A stretch of 64,000 bases of DNA from contig NC_068982.1 of assembly GCF_001194135.2 (NCBI RefSeq), positions 59,663,448 through 59,727,447 of the forward strand, written 5' to 3'. The notes beneath the pieces were generated by a model. It was not told where the DNA came from. It worked only from the letters and a program-made list of their open reading frames with translations, and searched no databases. This DNA comes from Octopus bimaculoides (lineage: Eukaryota). Position 1 is the first letter of the stretch, and the number at the start of each line of letters is the position of its first letter. The translations under genes were made by a program, and so were the position numbers. This document shows positions 22,090 through 34,314 of this stretch, piece by piece.

Positions 22090-24299
22090 AGTTACCATTG
22101 TTTACAAATTTCATTGGTGTCTTCGACAGCCTTTTAACCTCCAACTGAGAGATTGCTATGTTGCAGGGTACTTCAATGCTGACTGAAACGACCCCAAGAT
22201 GTAACGCGAACGGTTTAAGTACATTCTTAGCGTCAGATGAGAAAAGTGAACAGGATCGTCAATCAGAATTGAACTACGAACCTGTTGATTATCGTTCTAC
22301 CGCGATGACCATGATCCTAAAGCGACCCGACACTTTTGCCATCGAATTTAATACAACCGGTCACTGCAATTCATCTCCTTTTGTATCACACAAACTTCGT
22401 CGGTAGTTTTTGTTTTTTGCCTCTCAACCTCCCCACTGGAAATTGAGAAGCAATAAAGATAGAAAAGTCAAAAAGATCGAATAATCATAGCTGTGATCAT
22501 AGGGTCTGCTCGATCTCTATAGGCCTGGGGCTAAAGAATAGCAACAATAATGGCAGGAAAAATGTAAACAAATACAGGGGGTAAAAAATTAAGTTCGGTA
22601 GTAAAGAAAAAGTCATTTCAACTGCGTAAAAGTTTTGTATTAAAAAACAAGTTTTTTTTAAATGTACTAATTAGTATTCGGTCTCAAATCAACTTTGATG
22701 CAAAAAAAAAAAAAAAACTATCGACAAAGACATTCTATACATGACTATTCCATATTTTCAAGATTATCTTGAGTTTAATAATCCAAGTGTCTAATGAAAT
22801 GCGTTGTTCATGGCTTTATTTTGAAACAAATCTTCGCTTGGAAAACTTTAATCTATTCAAATATGAACTCTTTATATTGGGATGCTTTGTATCCAGGAAA
22901 CCAGGGTAGTTTAGGATAGACTAAAATCAAAATGAGTTAAAAGATTTTAATATCTTTGGTTGGGTTAAAGGACAAACAGCTTTACCAGACGAACTTGTGT
23001 TGTTTGGGATGATATACAACACCTGGACCACTAATCAATGTGATTTCAAGCTGATTTGGTTGCTATTTCTAACAAGTCTAGATACTACGTAGAAACTCCA
23101 CGTTGGCTCGGTTTAAAGAAGTTGTGTCTAAAAGAGAAACTACCCAGCCCGACTCTGACTGTCCAAATCAATGATTTTTACCAAGTTTACTAAGCAAGTC
23201 ACTTCTGCTATTGACTATTTCACTATTCTAATGTGAATGTCAATGTTTTCTTTCTGAAACAAGCTCCCAGATAAAGCACTGACAGAGAAAGAGTTGCAGT
23301 ATGGTTCTGAAATGGTGGTGGTGGTGGTGTGAGTGGTGGTAGCTATGATGTAGTGAGAGAGGTGTGGTGGTGACGGCAGGAGTTATGGTTGGCTGGTGGG
23401 TTTAGGCAGTAGTAATACTGGTTCATGAGGAGAAGGAAAGACGATGGTGGGGAGGTGGAATGGTAAGGTTACATCAATTGCATGGAGGAGCAGTGGTGTT
23501 GATGGCTATGATGGTCATGGTGCAACAATGGTGATTCTAGTAGTGGTTGTGGTGATAGTAAAGTGGGCAGGCGGTGGGCAACAGTGGTAAAAATGTGCAT
23601 TGGAAATAATGAAGGTGGTAGCGGTGAATGAAAAAGATGTAGTGCATGTATGAGTGATTTTGACTGTGTGCGTGCGAGGGAGAGAACACACGTATGTGTA
23701 CCGGAGCAGGGAAGGGGTGACATTAAGACAGTTATTCATAGTTCAACATTTTAGGAATGACTAAGGTTTCTCTCACTCACTTTTCTCTCTCTACCCCCTC
23801 CTCTTTCTCTTTCTCTCTCCATACAACTCTCTCTCTCTCTTTCCTCGTCTCCATCCCACATCATTCTAGCCTTGTCCTGTCCTGCCATTTCTCCCACACC
23901 TCCCATATTCAACAAACAAGGAAACAACAAAAAGAAAAAAAGTGTGTATGTGCATGAGAGAAAGTATGCATGTGTGAAAAAGAGGGAGAAAGAGAAAGAC
24001 TCAAAGGTGGTGGTGATGGTGGTTGTGGGAGAATGAAGTCAATAAAGGAAACAGGGCAAAATAGAATCTGGGTAATGTGTGGAGGGAGAGAGAGAAATGG
24101 CAATGTAAACGACAATAGACAAGGGAAGAGGAAGATTAAAAAAAATACTGAAGAGCAGCAGTAGCAGCAACAGGAGTGATAGACAGCAGTAGCAGGAATA
24201 GTAGGTTGTTGTAAATGATAGAAATCTCTTAACACAGGCCATGTGTGGTATTGATCTAAACGGGAGAGGTGATAAATGGCTGGATAAGGGACAAGCATA

Positions 24300-24620
24300 G
24301 AAAATTATCCAGACCAACTAGTGTCTCTGGTTGGGATAATGGATAGACGTGGTCCGCTGACTAACGGGTGTCTATAGTTGGCATAAGAGGACAGACGGGG
24401 TTCACCAGATGAACTTGTGTTTCTGTTTTGGAATAATATACAGAACAGACGTGGGACAGCAATTAAGCAGTTGTTTCTTGATTGAGATAATGAACAAACA
24501 TGATGCACCAACAAATTTATCTCTGGTTAGAATAATGAACAGACGTGGTCGTCTAATCAACTTGTCTCTGACTACGGAAACGGGCAGAAACGGAGCACCA
24601 CCCGGACCAATTAGTGCCAA
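24300..24620. repeat. Degenerate ~45-bp minisatellite
   Basis: About 6 units with recurring tgtctctggtt..ataatg(a/g)acagacgtgg. Translations show 15-aa periodicity (LVSLVGIMDRRGPLT / NLSLVRIMNRRGRLI). Related fragment at about 22950-23040. Confidence 0.7.
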
Positions 24621-25783
24621 GATAATTCAAGGAAATGATACTCTAACCAGATTTTTCTTTAAAAAAAAAAAAAAACTACATTGAGATTGATATCTGCAAT
24701 GTGGGGGAGGGTGGACAAGACGAAGATTACTACAGACCACGTGGCGGCGAATCTTTCAGAAGAACCTTAAGGTTGTCAAAAGACGCTGAATAAACGAAAG
24801 ATAAAACTTTGAAGAATAATTGTCACCCAAACCGCTATTGAGCGTGGGATGGGGAAACTAATTTACTTCAAATGTGTGTATTACGAATAATTCATAGGAA
24901 ATACTATCAAAACAAATATGTACTACGTACACTGCTAATTGATTGTAAGATAAAAACGCAAGCAGGACCTTCTTCAACCGGAGGACAGACACTAAGTGTT
25001 GATATTAAGTTGGAATGTCAGATATTGCAAACCTCTTTTCTTTGCGTGTAGACAATCTACGGCAAAATGAATCAATCGTTTTAGATTTAACTTATACCTG
25101 GAGCTCTTACTTATAAATATTCCTTAATTACAAGAATATTGAATTTAAACAGCTTAAACAAGCAGAAACAATATTGTGTCTATTGCCTTCATATGCACAA
25201 TGCGAAAAAAAAATTAAAATCTCAAACATTTCAACTTAATTATAATTTTATGTAGTTTCTTCCGTGGTCGTATATACCTTCAGTTCAATTTAACAGGGAA
25301 ACATTTTTAGAAAAAAAAAAAAAGAAGAAAAAAAATTGTTTTTTTACAATTAGTCCTGCCTAATTTGATGGTACTGAGTTCAGAAATGCCCACGGAAATT
25401 TTGTATAATGTCAAGCTCTTTTAAAAAGAATCAATTCTTTTTCTCACAGAGTGTCAATTTTACCACGAAATACAATACTAAAATAAGAAACTCAAAGACA
25501 GGGCAAATTTACCGTTTCGGAGATATTCGCTTTTTAGGAGGGTTCCGAGTACAATTTTCTGTTTAGATGGTTTCTCGTGTAGTTTGTTGGCATCCATGTT
25601 TGGAATTAATCAAATAGGTTTGATGATATTTGAACGGTGAATTCTGCTGATAAGAAACTTAAAATACCGCTTAATAACCAATGAAATTGCTTCGTTCAGG
25701 GTTGCCGTTTCAAGTTGATTCAGTTTACGTTCAAGATAGCAGTTTGAAGGAGCCTCCGTTTACGGTTGCTGTCGTTTTAAGTT

Positions 25784-27420
25784 ATGGGAAGCTGTAATTA
25801 TTGTTTAGTTAGCCTATACGAGGCCATTCAATGTTTCCGAATGAATGACAATACATCCATAGAATTTTTCCGTGAACACAGAGTTCTACCAAATTCTGTA
25901 GAATGTCTACGTTGTCACTCGCCGTATCCTTTGCGTGCTGACATTATTAACACGTGGCGATGTCGAAAGATTGTGTCTCGTCCTCATCGTCCAAGAAGAG
26001 TATGTGGTTTGTCTGTTTCCGAGCGCCAGAATACCATTTTTTGGAGAGAGCATATATTCTTGCCTGGAGAGTACTCTTGTTCGTGAATCATTTTCTTGGC
26101 CGGACATGGAATCACAGGTTTATGGTTCAAAACCTTGATAAGTCTACATACCTATCTGTTGACTGGCGATCGTTTTGCTGTGAAGTTTGTCAATATTGGC
26201 AGGAACAGGGGCAAGACTTCCGCTCGTCTCCCACCCCACTAAAACCACCCTTAAAATTTTTTTTATTTACACCCACCCCCTTTTCGGCTACGGGAAATAC
26301 AAATCTGCAAAAAAATATTGGCAGAAATCGACATTTTGAAATTACCACCCCCACCCTCATTTCCTTCATTTTAAACTTTTTTNNNNNNNNNNNNNNNNNN
26401 NNNNNNNNNNNNNNNNNNNNNNNNNNNNNNNNNNNNNNNNNNNNNNNNNNNNNNNNNNNNNNNNNNNNNNNNNNNNNNNNNNNNNNNNNNNNNNNNNNNN
26501 NNNNNNNNNNNNNNNNNNNNNNNNNNNNNNNNNNNNNNNNNNNNNNNNNNNNNNNNNNNNNNNNNNNNNNNNNNNNNNNNNNNNNNNNNNNNNNNNNNNN
26601 NNNNNNNNNNNNNNNNNNNNNNNNNNNNNNNNNNNNNNNNNNNNNNNNNNNNNNNNNNNNNNNNNNNNNNNNNNNNNNNNNNNNNNNNNNNNNNNNNNNN
26701 NNNNNNNNNNNNNNNNNNNNNNNNNNNNNNNNNNNNNNNNNNNNNNNNNNNNNNNNNNNNNNNNNNNNNNNNNNNNNNNNNNNNNNNNNNNNNCAAATTT
26801 GGGAGAAAATGATAGGGGCGGGGGGGATAGACGGAAGTCTTTCCGGAACAGGTAGCAGACAGAATTGGAGGTCCAGGCGTTGAAGTCGAAATTGCTGAAA
26901 CAGTTATCGTTCGCCACAAATACAACCGGGGACAACGTGTAAAAGCGGTATAATTGTTCGGTGGAATTGAAAGAATTTCGAAAAAAAAAAACAAAACATT
27001 CATGGTGCTTTTATCTTCCGATTGTGATGAGGGCGAGTCAAGGGATGCCGCAACTGTTATTCTTCTTCTTATTCGTCATGTTCAACCGGGTTCAATGATT
27101 TTTAGTGACTGTTGACAGACATACGTGATAATTGTGGAATATGGTATGGGTTTAACCAGATCAACCACAGTGAATATTTTGTTGATCCTGACAATCAAGG
27201 TATTCGACTGTTGAAAAATTTTGTAGAGGTGAGAAAGAAATTGTTCGGATACCTGGGATGAGGTGTAAGTACCTCAAGCAGTATGTGGCGAGGTATCTGT
27301 TCATTAAGTCTATTCCGAATCATGCAATAAAAATTAGGGCAAATTAACTGTTTCTCGGAGATGTTCGTATTTCTATGATGGTTATGGACGAAGATAAAAC
27401 GCGTGCACATCACTTAAGCC
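25784..27420 (+). pseudogene. Merlin (ISXO2/IS1595-like DDE) transposase pseudogene
   Basis: N-terminal CxxC...WRC...C zinc-binding region (EFFREHRVLPNSVECLRCH...TWRCRK...VCGLSVSERQNT), then VDWRSFCCEVC, IGGPGVEVEIAE...HKYNRGQRV...LFGGIER, RDAATV...HVQPGSMIFSDC, INHSEYFVDP. Stops and frameshifts are present, and EIDE has become EIAE. Confidence 0.92.
26210..26844. mobile_element. GG-terminal MITE (probably Merlin-mobilised) nested in the Merlin ORF
   Basis: Exact 8-bp TSD GGAACAGG at 26202-26209 and 26845-26852. TIRs ggcaagacttccg / rc ggaaagacttccg (12/13). Removing the insert restores the frame (QYWQEQVADRIGGPG). Interior includes a 411-N gap. Confidence 0.9.
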
Positions 27421-27587
27421 TAAAACTAACCCTAAAGAGTGTGGACGCACTTTACCTTCACCCAATGGTCTACGGTAAAATAAACGTGTATATTACAAAA
27501 AATAGAGCAAGCTTACCGTTTCAAGTATATCCACATTTTTAAGAGGGTGTCGGACACAGCTTACTGCTCTCGCTTTCTCCGTGCTGA

Positions 27588-27588
<1 letters not shown>

Positions 27589-27651
<63 letters not shown>

Positions 27652-28340
27652 TGTGAGTTTATATCGCTCTGCGCTATTCGTTTATTAAGTTCTCTGATAG
27701 AATTGTGCAAAAGGAAATAATTCTCGCTGTATTTTAGCAAATATTTATTAAAAATTTCTAGTTTCAAATATTGGTTAAATCTCAGCCTGTTGATGCTCTT
27801 TGCTTTCGTCTCTGTCTCCATACAAAGAGAAAAGGTATTAATTTGCAGAAACCTCAACTTCCTATTTACAATTCACGATTTAAGCTGACCGTTTTGTGGG
27901 TCCGCATAACTTGATTCAAATCTTTTATTTGTGGTGTGTTGATATCGAAAATTATTTTTTATTGAACTAATTTTTTTTTTATAGTGACCTTCGCATACGC
28001 ATAGGTGCAATTATTTACCATCTGCTTGCTTACAAAATTGGTATTTGTTTATAAGTGTTAATTTGGCCTAAACTCTGGATTCACATGAAACACGATTGCA
28101 AACTGCCCGAGAAAAGATGCGCAGATATAGTGCACGGATCAGAGAGGAACAGAATGAAAATATAATACAAAGAGGAAAAAGACAACACTGATGGAGACGT
28201 GAGGAAATGAATGTAGATGAACATCAAGAATATTTAAAGAAAGCTACTATGAATGCTATAGAAATGCAAATCATCCTTTCATTCTTAAATAGTTCCTCTT
28301 AAATTTTTTCATTCCGTGGAATTTCCACGGATGCCACTAG
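27589..28340 (+). mobile_element. Non-autonomous Helitron
   Basis: 3' hairpin CCGTGGAA-T-TTCCACGG (28314-28330) 7 nt before terminal CTAG (28337-28340), followed by T. The 5' A^TC at 27588/27589 gives an AT target with no TSD. The 5' boundary is less certain than the 3'. Confidence 0.75.
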
Positions 28341-29665
28341 TATTAATAAATACGAGTAAAGTTCTTCTAAGTTCAGTTGGACTGCAAACAATTATATTAA
28401 TTTATAATACCCTACAACATTCGGTTTTTAAGCTATTTCGACGAATTCTGCTAACGAAAATACACACTTGGCGTACTTATCGAAATATCTAAAATTTATG
28501 ACTCCAAGTACAGGTTCAACAAACTTGTCGATATAAATTGCTGCAGTTTGTCTACGTGCAAAGAGAAGTGATTTATTTGAATTCATAGACATTTCAAATT
28601 AATATTTATACCTCGTGTCTTACGGTGTCTATTTTCCTGGTTTATATAACCTACTTTAATTTTTAAAAATCTATAATTGTCGAGCTGAAGAATTTTCTAC
28701 TTTTGATTTAGATATATTCCCATTTAACAATCACGTAGTATCCCAGGTATATAATATGTATTTTAGTTTAGTAGCGTGCAGTAAGAAAGATAACATGGCA
28801 TTATTTTAATTTATAATGCTCTCAGCCCCTTAGAAGATTTCTGCAAAAGAATATAGATTTTTTTTTTCTGTCGTATTCGAAAATTATGTCATAGACCGAA
28901 GTATAGGGAAAACCTAAACTCGACGATGCACGTTGCTATAGATTATCTATAGAGCGAAGGGAAATACTTTGAATTTACAGACATTTCGGCTTGATACTTA
29001 CACAAGATGTTTTAAGTACGTAGTGCGTTACCGGTTTCTTTGTAACTTAATTCAATACAAATATCTTTTACTTGTGTCTTTCAACTGCAAGACAAATAAA
29101 TGTTTCAAGTACATAGATATATAGATAGTTTGGGTACAGTTGCCTTGGGCTGCTTTGAAATTCGATTGAACTAAGATTACATTAATTTATAAAGCACTAA
29201 ACTTTGTTTATTGAACTATTTGTTAGAAATCTACAAAAATATATATTCTTGTAGTTTCAGAAACATTAAAATGCTAATGTTCCAAACACAAGTTAAAGCT
29301 AAACTTGTTCATTTATTTTACCTTAGATCAGTGACCCCCTAACTCTTTCTCTAGCAGGGATCACTTTCACTTCAATGAATTTTTCCACGGACACAGTGTT
29401 TGAAAGCAAATTTTGAATTCAGTTCACAGATCCCATTACTACAATTAGGGTTCCCAACATTTTGTTTACAGGTCTTGGATGTTCCACAGATATTAGGTTG
29501 GGAAGTTGCTGTAAGTTATCTACGCGCAAATTTGAATCGTTCAGCATTCTGTTTGACTGCATATGCATTTCTACTGTAAACGAAAAAAAAGAAAAAAATC
29601 AACCTCTATATAACTGATTTAATGCTAAGCATTTTATTGACTTTAATCATAAACAACTGCTTATA

Positions 29666-29978
29666 GTGGTATTTGAACTCAGAACGTAAAGACGGACGAA
29701 ATGCCGCTAAGCTTTTTCCCCGGTGCGCTAACGATTCTGCCAGCTCGCCGCCTTAAGCCATTACATATATTGATTTCAAATTTCGGCACAAGGCCAGCAA
29801 ATTCAAGGGAGGGGTAAGTCAGTTGCATCAACTCCAGTGCTCAACTGCTACTTATTTTATCGAGGGATAAAAGGCAAAGTCAACCTCGGTGGAATTTGAA
29901 CTCAGAACGTAATGACGGACAAAATGCCACTAAGCATTTTGCCAGGTGTGTTAACGATTCTGCCAGCTCGCCGCCTTA
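29666..29978 (-). mobile_element. SINE family B, tandem pair (head fragment + full copy), CpG-rich
   Basis: gacggacgaaatgccgctaagc...cgattctgccagctcgccgcctta occurs twice (29690-29755 and 29915-29978). Confidence 0.88.
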
Positions 29979-30478
29979 ATCACTATATATTAAATTTTTT
30001 TACACCAATGCCATTTTACACATCTGATATAATCACCATTCATCTGAATAAACATAAGCATTCACTAGTATTGCTCTAAAATTGTACAAGCTTATCCATA
30101 TGAGAAATGAAAATTAACTAATCATCAGAACTAATACACTGTAGCTTACATCTAATATTGATTTACACAACTGGCATATATCCAGAAAATTTTTGAATGG
30201 GAGGAATAGTCGAATAATTTGATCAAGTATGCTACTGATACAAGTTTTCTCGAGATTTGAACTAAGTAATCAAAGAATCAAAATTAAGCACTTTATTCTG
30301 CCAATCCGTTACCCTGTTTACATTTAATACTGATTTCTAACTTTTGCACAGATTCAAATCTGGTGAACAGTGCATATTAGATTATACCGACCATCGGTAG
30401 TAGACTGGTACTTTATTTTCTATCGTACCTCGGTGGGTGATAAGCAAAGATTAACTCCATGTTTGAGAATGTAAAGCG

Positions 30479-31379
30479 GGTGCTAGGACAATTCATGCCC
30501 TGTTAATTTGACCCCGGTCAATTCGTCGTTGATCAATTAATCCCCAGGTAAATTCGTCCCAAAATACTCTTAAATATGATTTCCTAGGGAAAGTTTAGAA
30601 CAATCATTTTTGAATTGAAATTGACGTTGGACAGTTTTAGATATTTTTCCTTTCTTTAAACACCACCCCTCTCCCTCTCTTAAGTATTTGCACTGAACAG
30701 TTTACGAACAAAGATTTTCAAGCGAAACGAATTCAATATATTCAATACGCTTACCCATCAACATGACTATCTGCAAGATCATAACTTCAGGGAAAGGAAA
30801 AATCAAAATGGTTGATCAAGAAAATTATACATATACACAAAAAATCAGCAGAATGAAAATATACTGGAGATGCGAAAATCGTATGTGCAAGACAAGGAGC
30901 TTAAGAAGATTGGGATCCATAATCACGCTTCGACTGCTGCAGAGGTAAATGCAAGGATAATAGTTTCAAATATTAAAGTTAAATCTATTTCGTCTCGTGA
31001 TGCCCTTCGCTCAATTATTGCTAGTGAAGTTCAGAATTTAAATCACTGTACATTGTCGCAAATACCTCCGTTTGCACAGCTTAATAGGCATATTAGACGA
31101 TGGAGGCCAGCTGATTCCGACTATCCTGCCACCCTACTTACAAACGTTGGGTTTTCCATTCCAACTGAATAGTCCTACCTTGACATTGTTGAAACGTTTC
31201 TGCAGTATGACAACGGGATGGCAGATTCAATATTAGTATTCAAAACGAATACTAATATTTTTAATTCAGATATTCGTTCTTCCATTTTTCCTATGATCTC
31301 GACAAATTAATTGACGACGAATTGACCTGGGGACAGATTAAACTATGACAAATTACCGTCGACGAATTGACTGGATAAC
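30479..31379 (+). mobile_element. Internally deleted MULE (Mutator-like) element inserted in a SINE-B
   Basis: Inverted subterminal motif ggtcaattcgtcg (30516-30528; rc at 31315-31327 and 31360-31371). Flanking duplication gtaaagcg/gtaaaggg (7/8). SINE-B sequence continues across the insertion. Confidence 0.8.
30763..31240 (+). pseudogene. FLYWCH zinc finger plus linker of a MULE transposase (truncated before the DDE core)
   Basis: TSGKGKIKMVDQENYTY...IYWRCENRMCKTR, frameshift, then HNH...ARIIVSNIK...PPFAQLNRHIRRWR...SIP...FLQYDNG...ILVF. Confidence 0.85.
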
Positions 31380-31600
31380 GTAAAGGGTAGTAATTAAACG
31401 ATGCAAGGAAATTTAACTGATAATCTACAGATTTTAACCCTTAAGGTTCAAGTAACTCAAACATATTTTTATTTATTTTTTTTTTTATTTATGTGTTTCA
31501 GCCAAGTGGCTGCGGTCATGCTGGTGCACCAAGTTCACCATTCCTAAATGTTTCTTTGGAAATATGTTATTTTTAAGAAATCATTCTGTCAATATTTTCA

Positions 31601-31903
31601 GTGCAAGTGGCTGAGCACTCCACAGACACGTGTACCCTTAACGTAGTTCTCGGGGATATTCAGCGTGACACAATGTGACAAGGCTGACCCTTTGAATTAC
31701 AGGCACAACAGAAACAGGAAGTAAGAGTGAGAGAAAGTTGTGGTGAAATAGTACAGCAGGGTTCGCCACCATCCCCTACCGGAGCCTCGTGGAGCTTTAA
31801 GTGTTTTCGCTCAATAAACACTCACAACGCCCGGTCTGGGAATCGAAACCGCGATCGTATGACCGCGAGTCCGCTGCCCTAACCACTGGGCCATTGCGCC
31901 TCC
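31601..31903 (-). mobile_element. SINE family C
   Basis: High-identity reverse complement of 17293-17516; CpGs retained. Confidence 0.9.
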
Positions 31904-31914
31904 ACATATATCCA

Positions 31915-32200
31915 TACAAATATGCACATACCTACATCTATATGTATACATACATGCATAAATGGGTACAGGACATCACAAAAAACGTTAAACACAATGA
32001 GAAACGAAAACATAAAGACGAAGATAGAAAACGAACTTTTTTTTCGAACCACGAAAAAAACAAACAGAGAAACGAGACATGCAACATAAAGAATATTTCC
32101 CTTCTTCAGTTGTCCCTGTTCCATCTACTCCGCGTTTCGAAGGCAAGGACAATACGTGACTTCGCTGGAACAGTCCTTCCCGCAAAGCAAATTAAATAAA
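31915..32200. repeat. Interspersed repeat related to 16150-16306
   Basis: Shared motifs as noted for 16150-16306. Confidence 0.5.
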
Positions 32201-32785
32201 ATTTGGAATTTTTTGCGGAGGGTGAAAGTGTAAACAAGAACAAGACAGTAAAAGACAGTAAAAAACAAGACAGAACAGTGAAAACAAACGGTAAGGACTG
32301 TCAGGCCAAGACGATAGAAAAATTATTATTTTGAACATTTAATGTTCAAGTGTCTGTTGTTTGGCAAGTCTTACGGAATACCACTAAGAATTTTGTCCAG
32401 TGTGTTAATGATTCTGCCAGATCACCGCATTCAAATGACCTGAATATATTGAAGCTAGTTTTCTTATTCACCTTTCTTCTCGTTCAACATCATGAAAGGA
32501 TACTAAAATTGACAAAATTTATTTGACGCTGGATTAAACTTATAATTTGCAGAAAATATTGTTCCTAGCAGTAAATTGAAATGTTGCATTGAATCAGATT
32601 TGTGACTGAAGCATATACTTGAAATAATAAAAGAATCCTTGAAACCGCATTTTGATGAAAAAAAACCCCCACTCTAAACTGGAATTTATAAAGATTCCAA
32701 GACATCTAACCTGAAATAACTGTTTTCTTTTAGTTTGTTAAATAATTCCCTGCTAGTTAATAAGCAGAGTTCTCCATTATATATA

Positions 32786-33001
32786 TGAGGGGGACTGAAA
32801 ACTTCCTGGCTTTAAGGGTGTCACTAAAAGGTATGGTTGAAGGGTCAACCTTTCGAGTTCTTTTACAGGGCTTAGAAAAACCGAAAGACCACTGCAATAA
32901 GTGAATGAATCTGAGAGGGGAATATGGTGTATAAATGATCATTAACTGATCCTCCAGTATTTTCTTTTACCCAAAGCCAGTGACTTCTCAGCACCCTCTC
33001 G
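32786..33001 (+). mobile_element. Mariner-derived MITE (216 bp)
   Basis: TIRs tgagggggactgaaaacttcctggcttt / rc cgagagggtgctgagaagtcactggcttt. Left TA; right site reads TG. Interior resembles the C-terminal end of a mariner transposase. Confidence 0.75.
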
Positions 33002-33007
33002 TGTGAA

Positions 33008-33062
<55 letters not shown>

Positions 33063-34089
33063 TTATATTCACCTGTGCACACACAGAGACTCAGAAAATG
33101 AAAGGAAAGGGAGAACTCAAGCCTGAAAACATTAAAATAGTTAACATCTAAACAATGACAACTCACCATAAAATGAAAATGTTGCATTAGTTCTGTTGTA
33201 TAAACCAAACGAGTAATCTTGGTTATGAACTTGTTTTTAATATCCAAGAAAGTCAAAATATGCAATTTAAAGAAAACTTTAATTTGTTTCTTATGATTAA
33301 TTGAATAATTTAATTAAAATTCGAGATTTGACTTACCACTGACTAATCTCTATCGACTTGTTAGAATTGTTTACAGTTAGTATTGTTTGTTTTTTTTTTT
33401 TTCCTTTTTCATGTCAAGAAGAATTGAAATTTAGAACCATTAGTCCACATATCGAAGGAAATTTGGTAAAATGTCTCTGATTATGAAGTTCTATCTATTC
33501 CCAAGTCAATTGCTTCTGACATCTTAATTGGATGTCTTAATTTATTGAAGGACAAACAACTTAGCGAATATTTCAAAAACAACATTAAGTAGTTGTAGAA
33601 ATCTTAGACATTGAAAGTTTAGTTCTGGTGAGATTATATCCCTTAAACGTGCCATAAAACAAAATCTCCAGAGAAGTTCAGTATTATATTACTATGAGTC
33701 TAATTCCAAAAGACTACATTATTAACGAGCTTGCTCAATAGTCTTGTTCATAATGAAAGGCTATTCCGCTTCTGAATGACACATTCTTCCAGAGAAAGAC
33801 AAATTAATAGCTCGGGAAGGATATTTCTAGTTCATTCTTATATAATTAAAGAGGAGAATGAAATGTTAACATAGTCCAATTAGTAATGTATGTGCCACAT
33901 GTAAGGAGGAAGAGAATATGTCGCTAGCAGAGTCATACATACATTGTCATTATAACCAGGGCTGAATTAAGATCCTTCTAAGCACTTAACAGATCTTGGT
34001 GCCCCATATATATGTAATTCGAAATATAAACAATAATAAACAATAGAATAAATTTCTATTCTTCAAAATGAAAAAGAAGAAAAATCCTC

Positions 34090-34230
34090 CCAACCACATG
34101 GTTCTGGGTTCAGTCCCACTGCATGGAAACTTGGGCAAGTGTCTTTTACTATAACCTCAGACTGACCAAGGCCTTGCGAGTTAATTTATTAGGCAGAAAC
34201 TCAAAGAAGCCCATTGCATGTGCGTGCATG
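34090..34230 (+). mobile_element. SINE family A, 5' half
   Basis: ccaaccacatggttctgggttcagtcccactgcatgg...aaagaagcccattg. Confidence 0.8.
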
Positions 34231-34314
34231 TATGTGTGTATATATACATATATATTACGGAGATGTACTTGCATAGCAAATGACCTGATCTGAGATTGTG
34301 TGCTGGAACGAAAG

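Noticed and set aside
22158-22406. 82-aa ORF
   Set aside because: Contains a decayed tRNA/SINE-like segment on the opposite strand (about 22262-22310); no homology or splice support.
24300-24620. CRISPR-like array
   Set aside because: Eukaryotic context; units are degenerate along their whole length with no constant repeat and unique spacer structure.
29322-29573. 252-nt minus-strand exon with very strong acceptor and AAG|gtaaaa donor
   Set aside because: All three frames contain stops; could only be non-coding or terminal.
32085-32190. Hammerhead-like GAAAC...CTGAAGA on the minus strand; similar CTGATGA motifs near 16285, 42252 and 59244
   Set aside because: Stem I cannot form, or GAAA is absent after stem II, so there is no complete catalytic fold.
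33958-34020. hAT-like MITE 5' end (cagggctgaattaag...ggtgcccc)
   Set aside because: No matching right TIR or TSD is visible.
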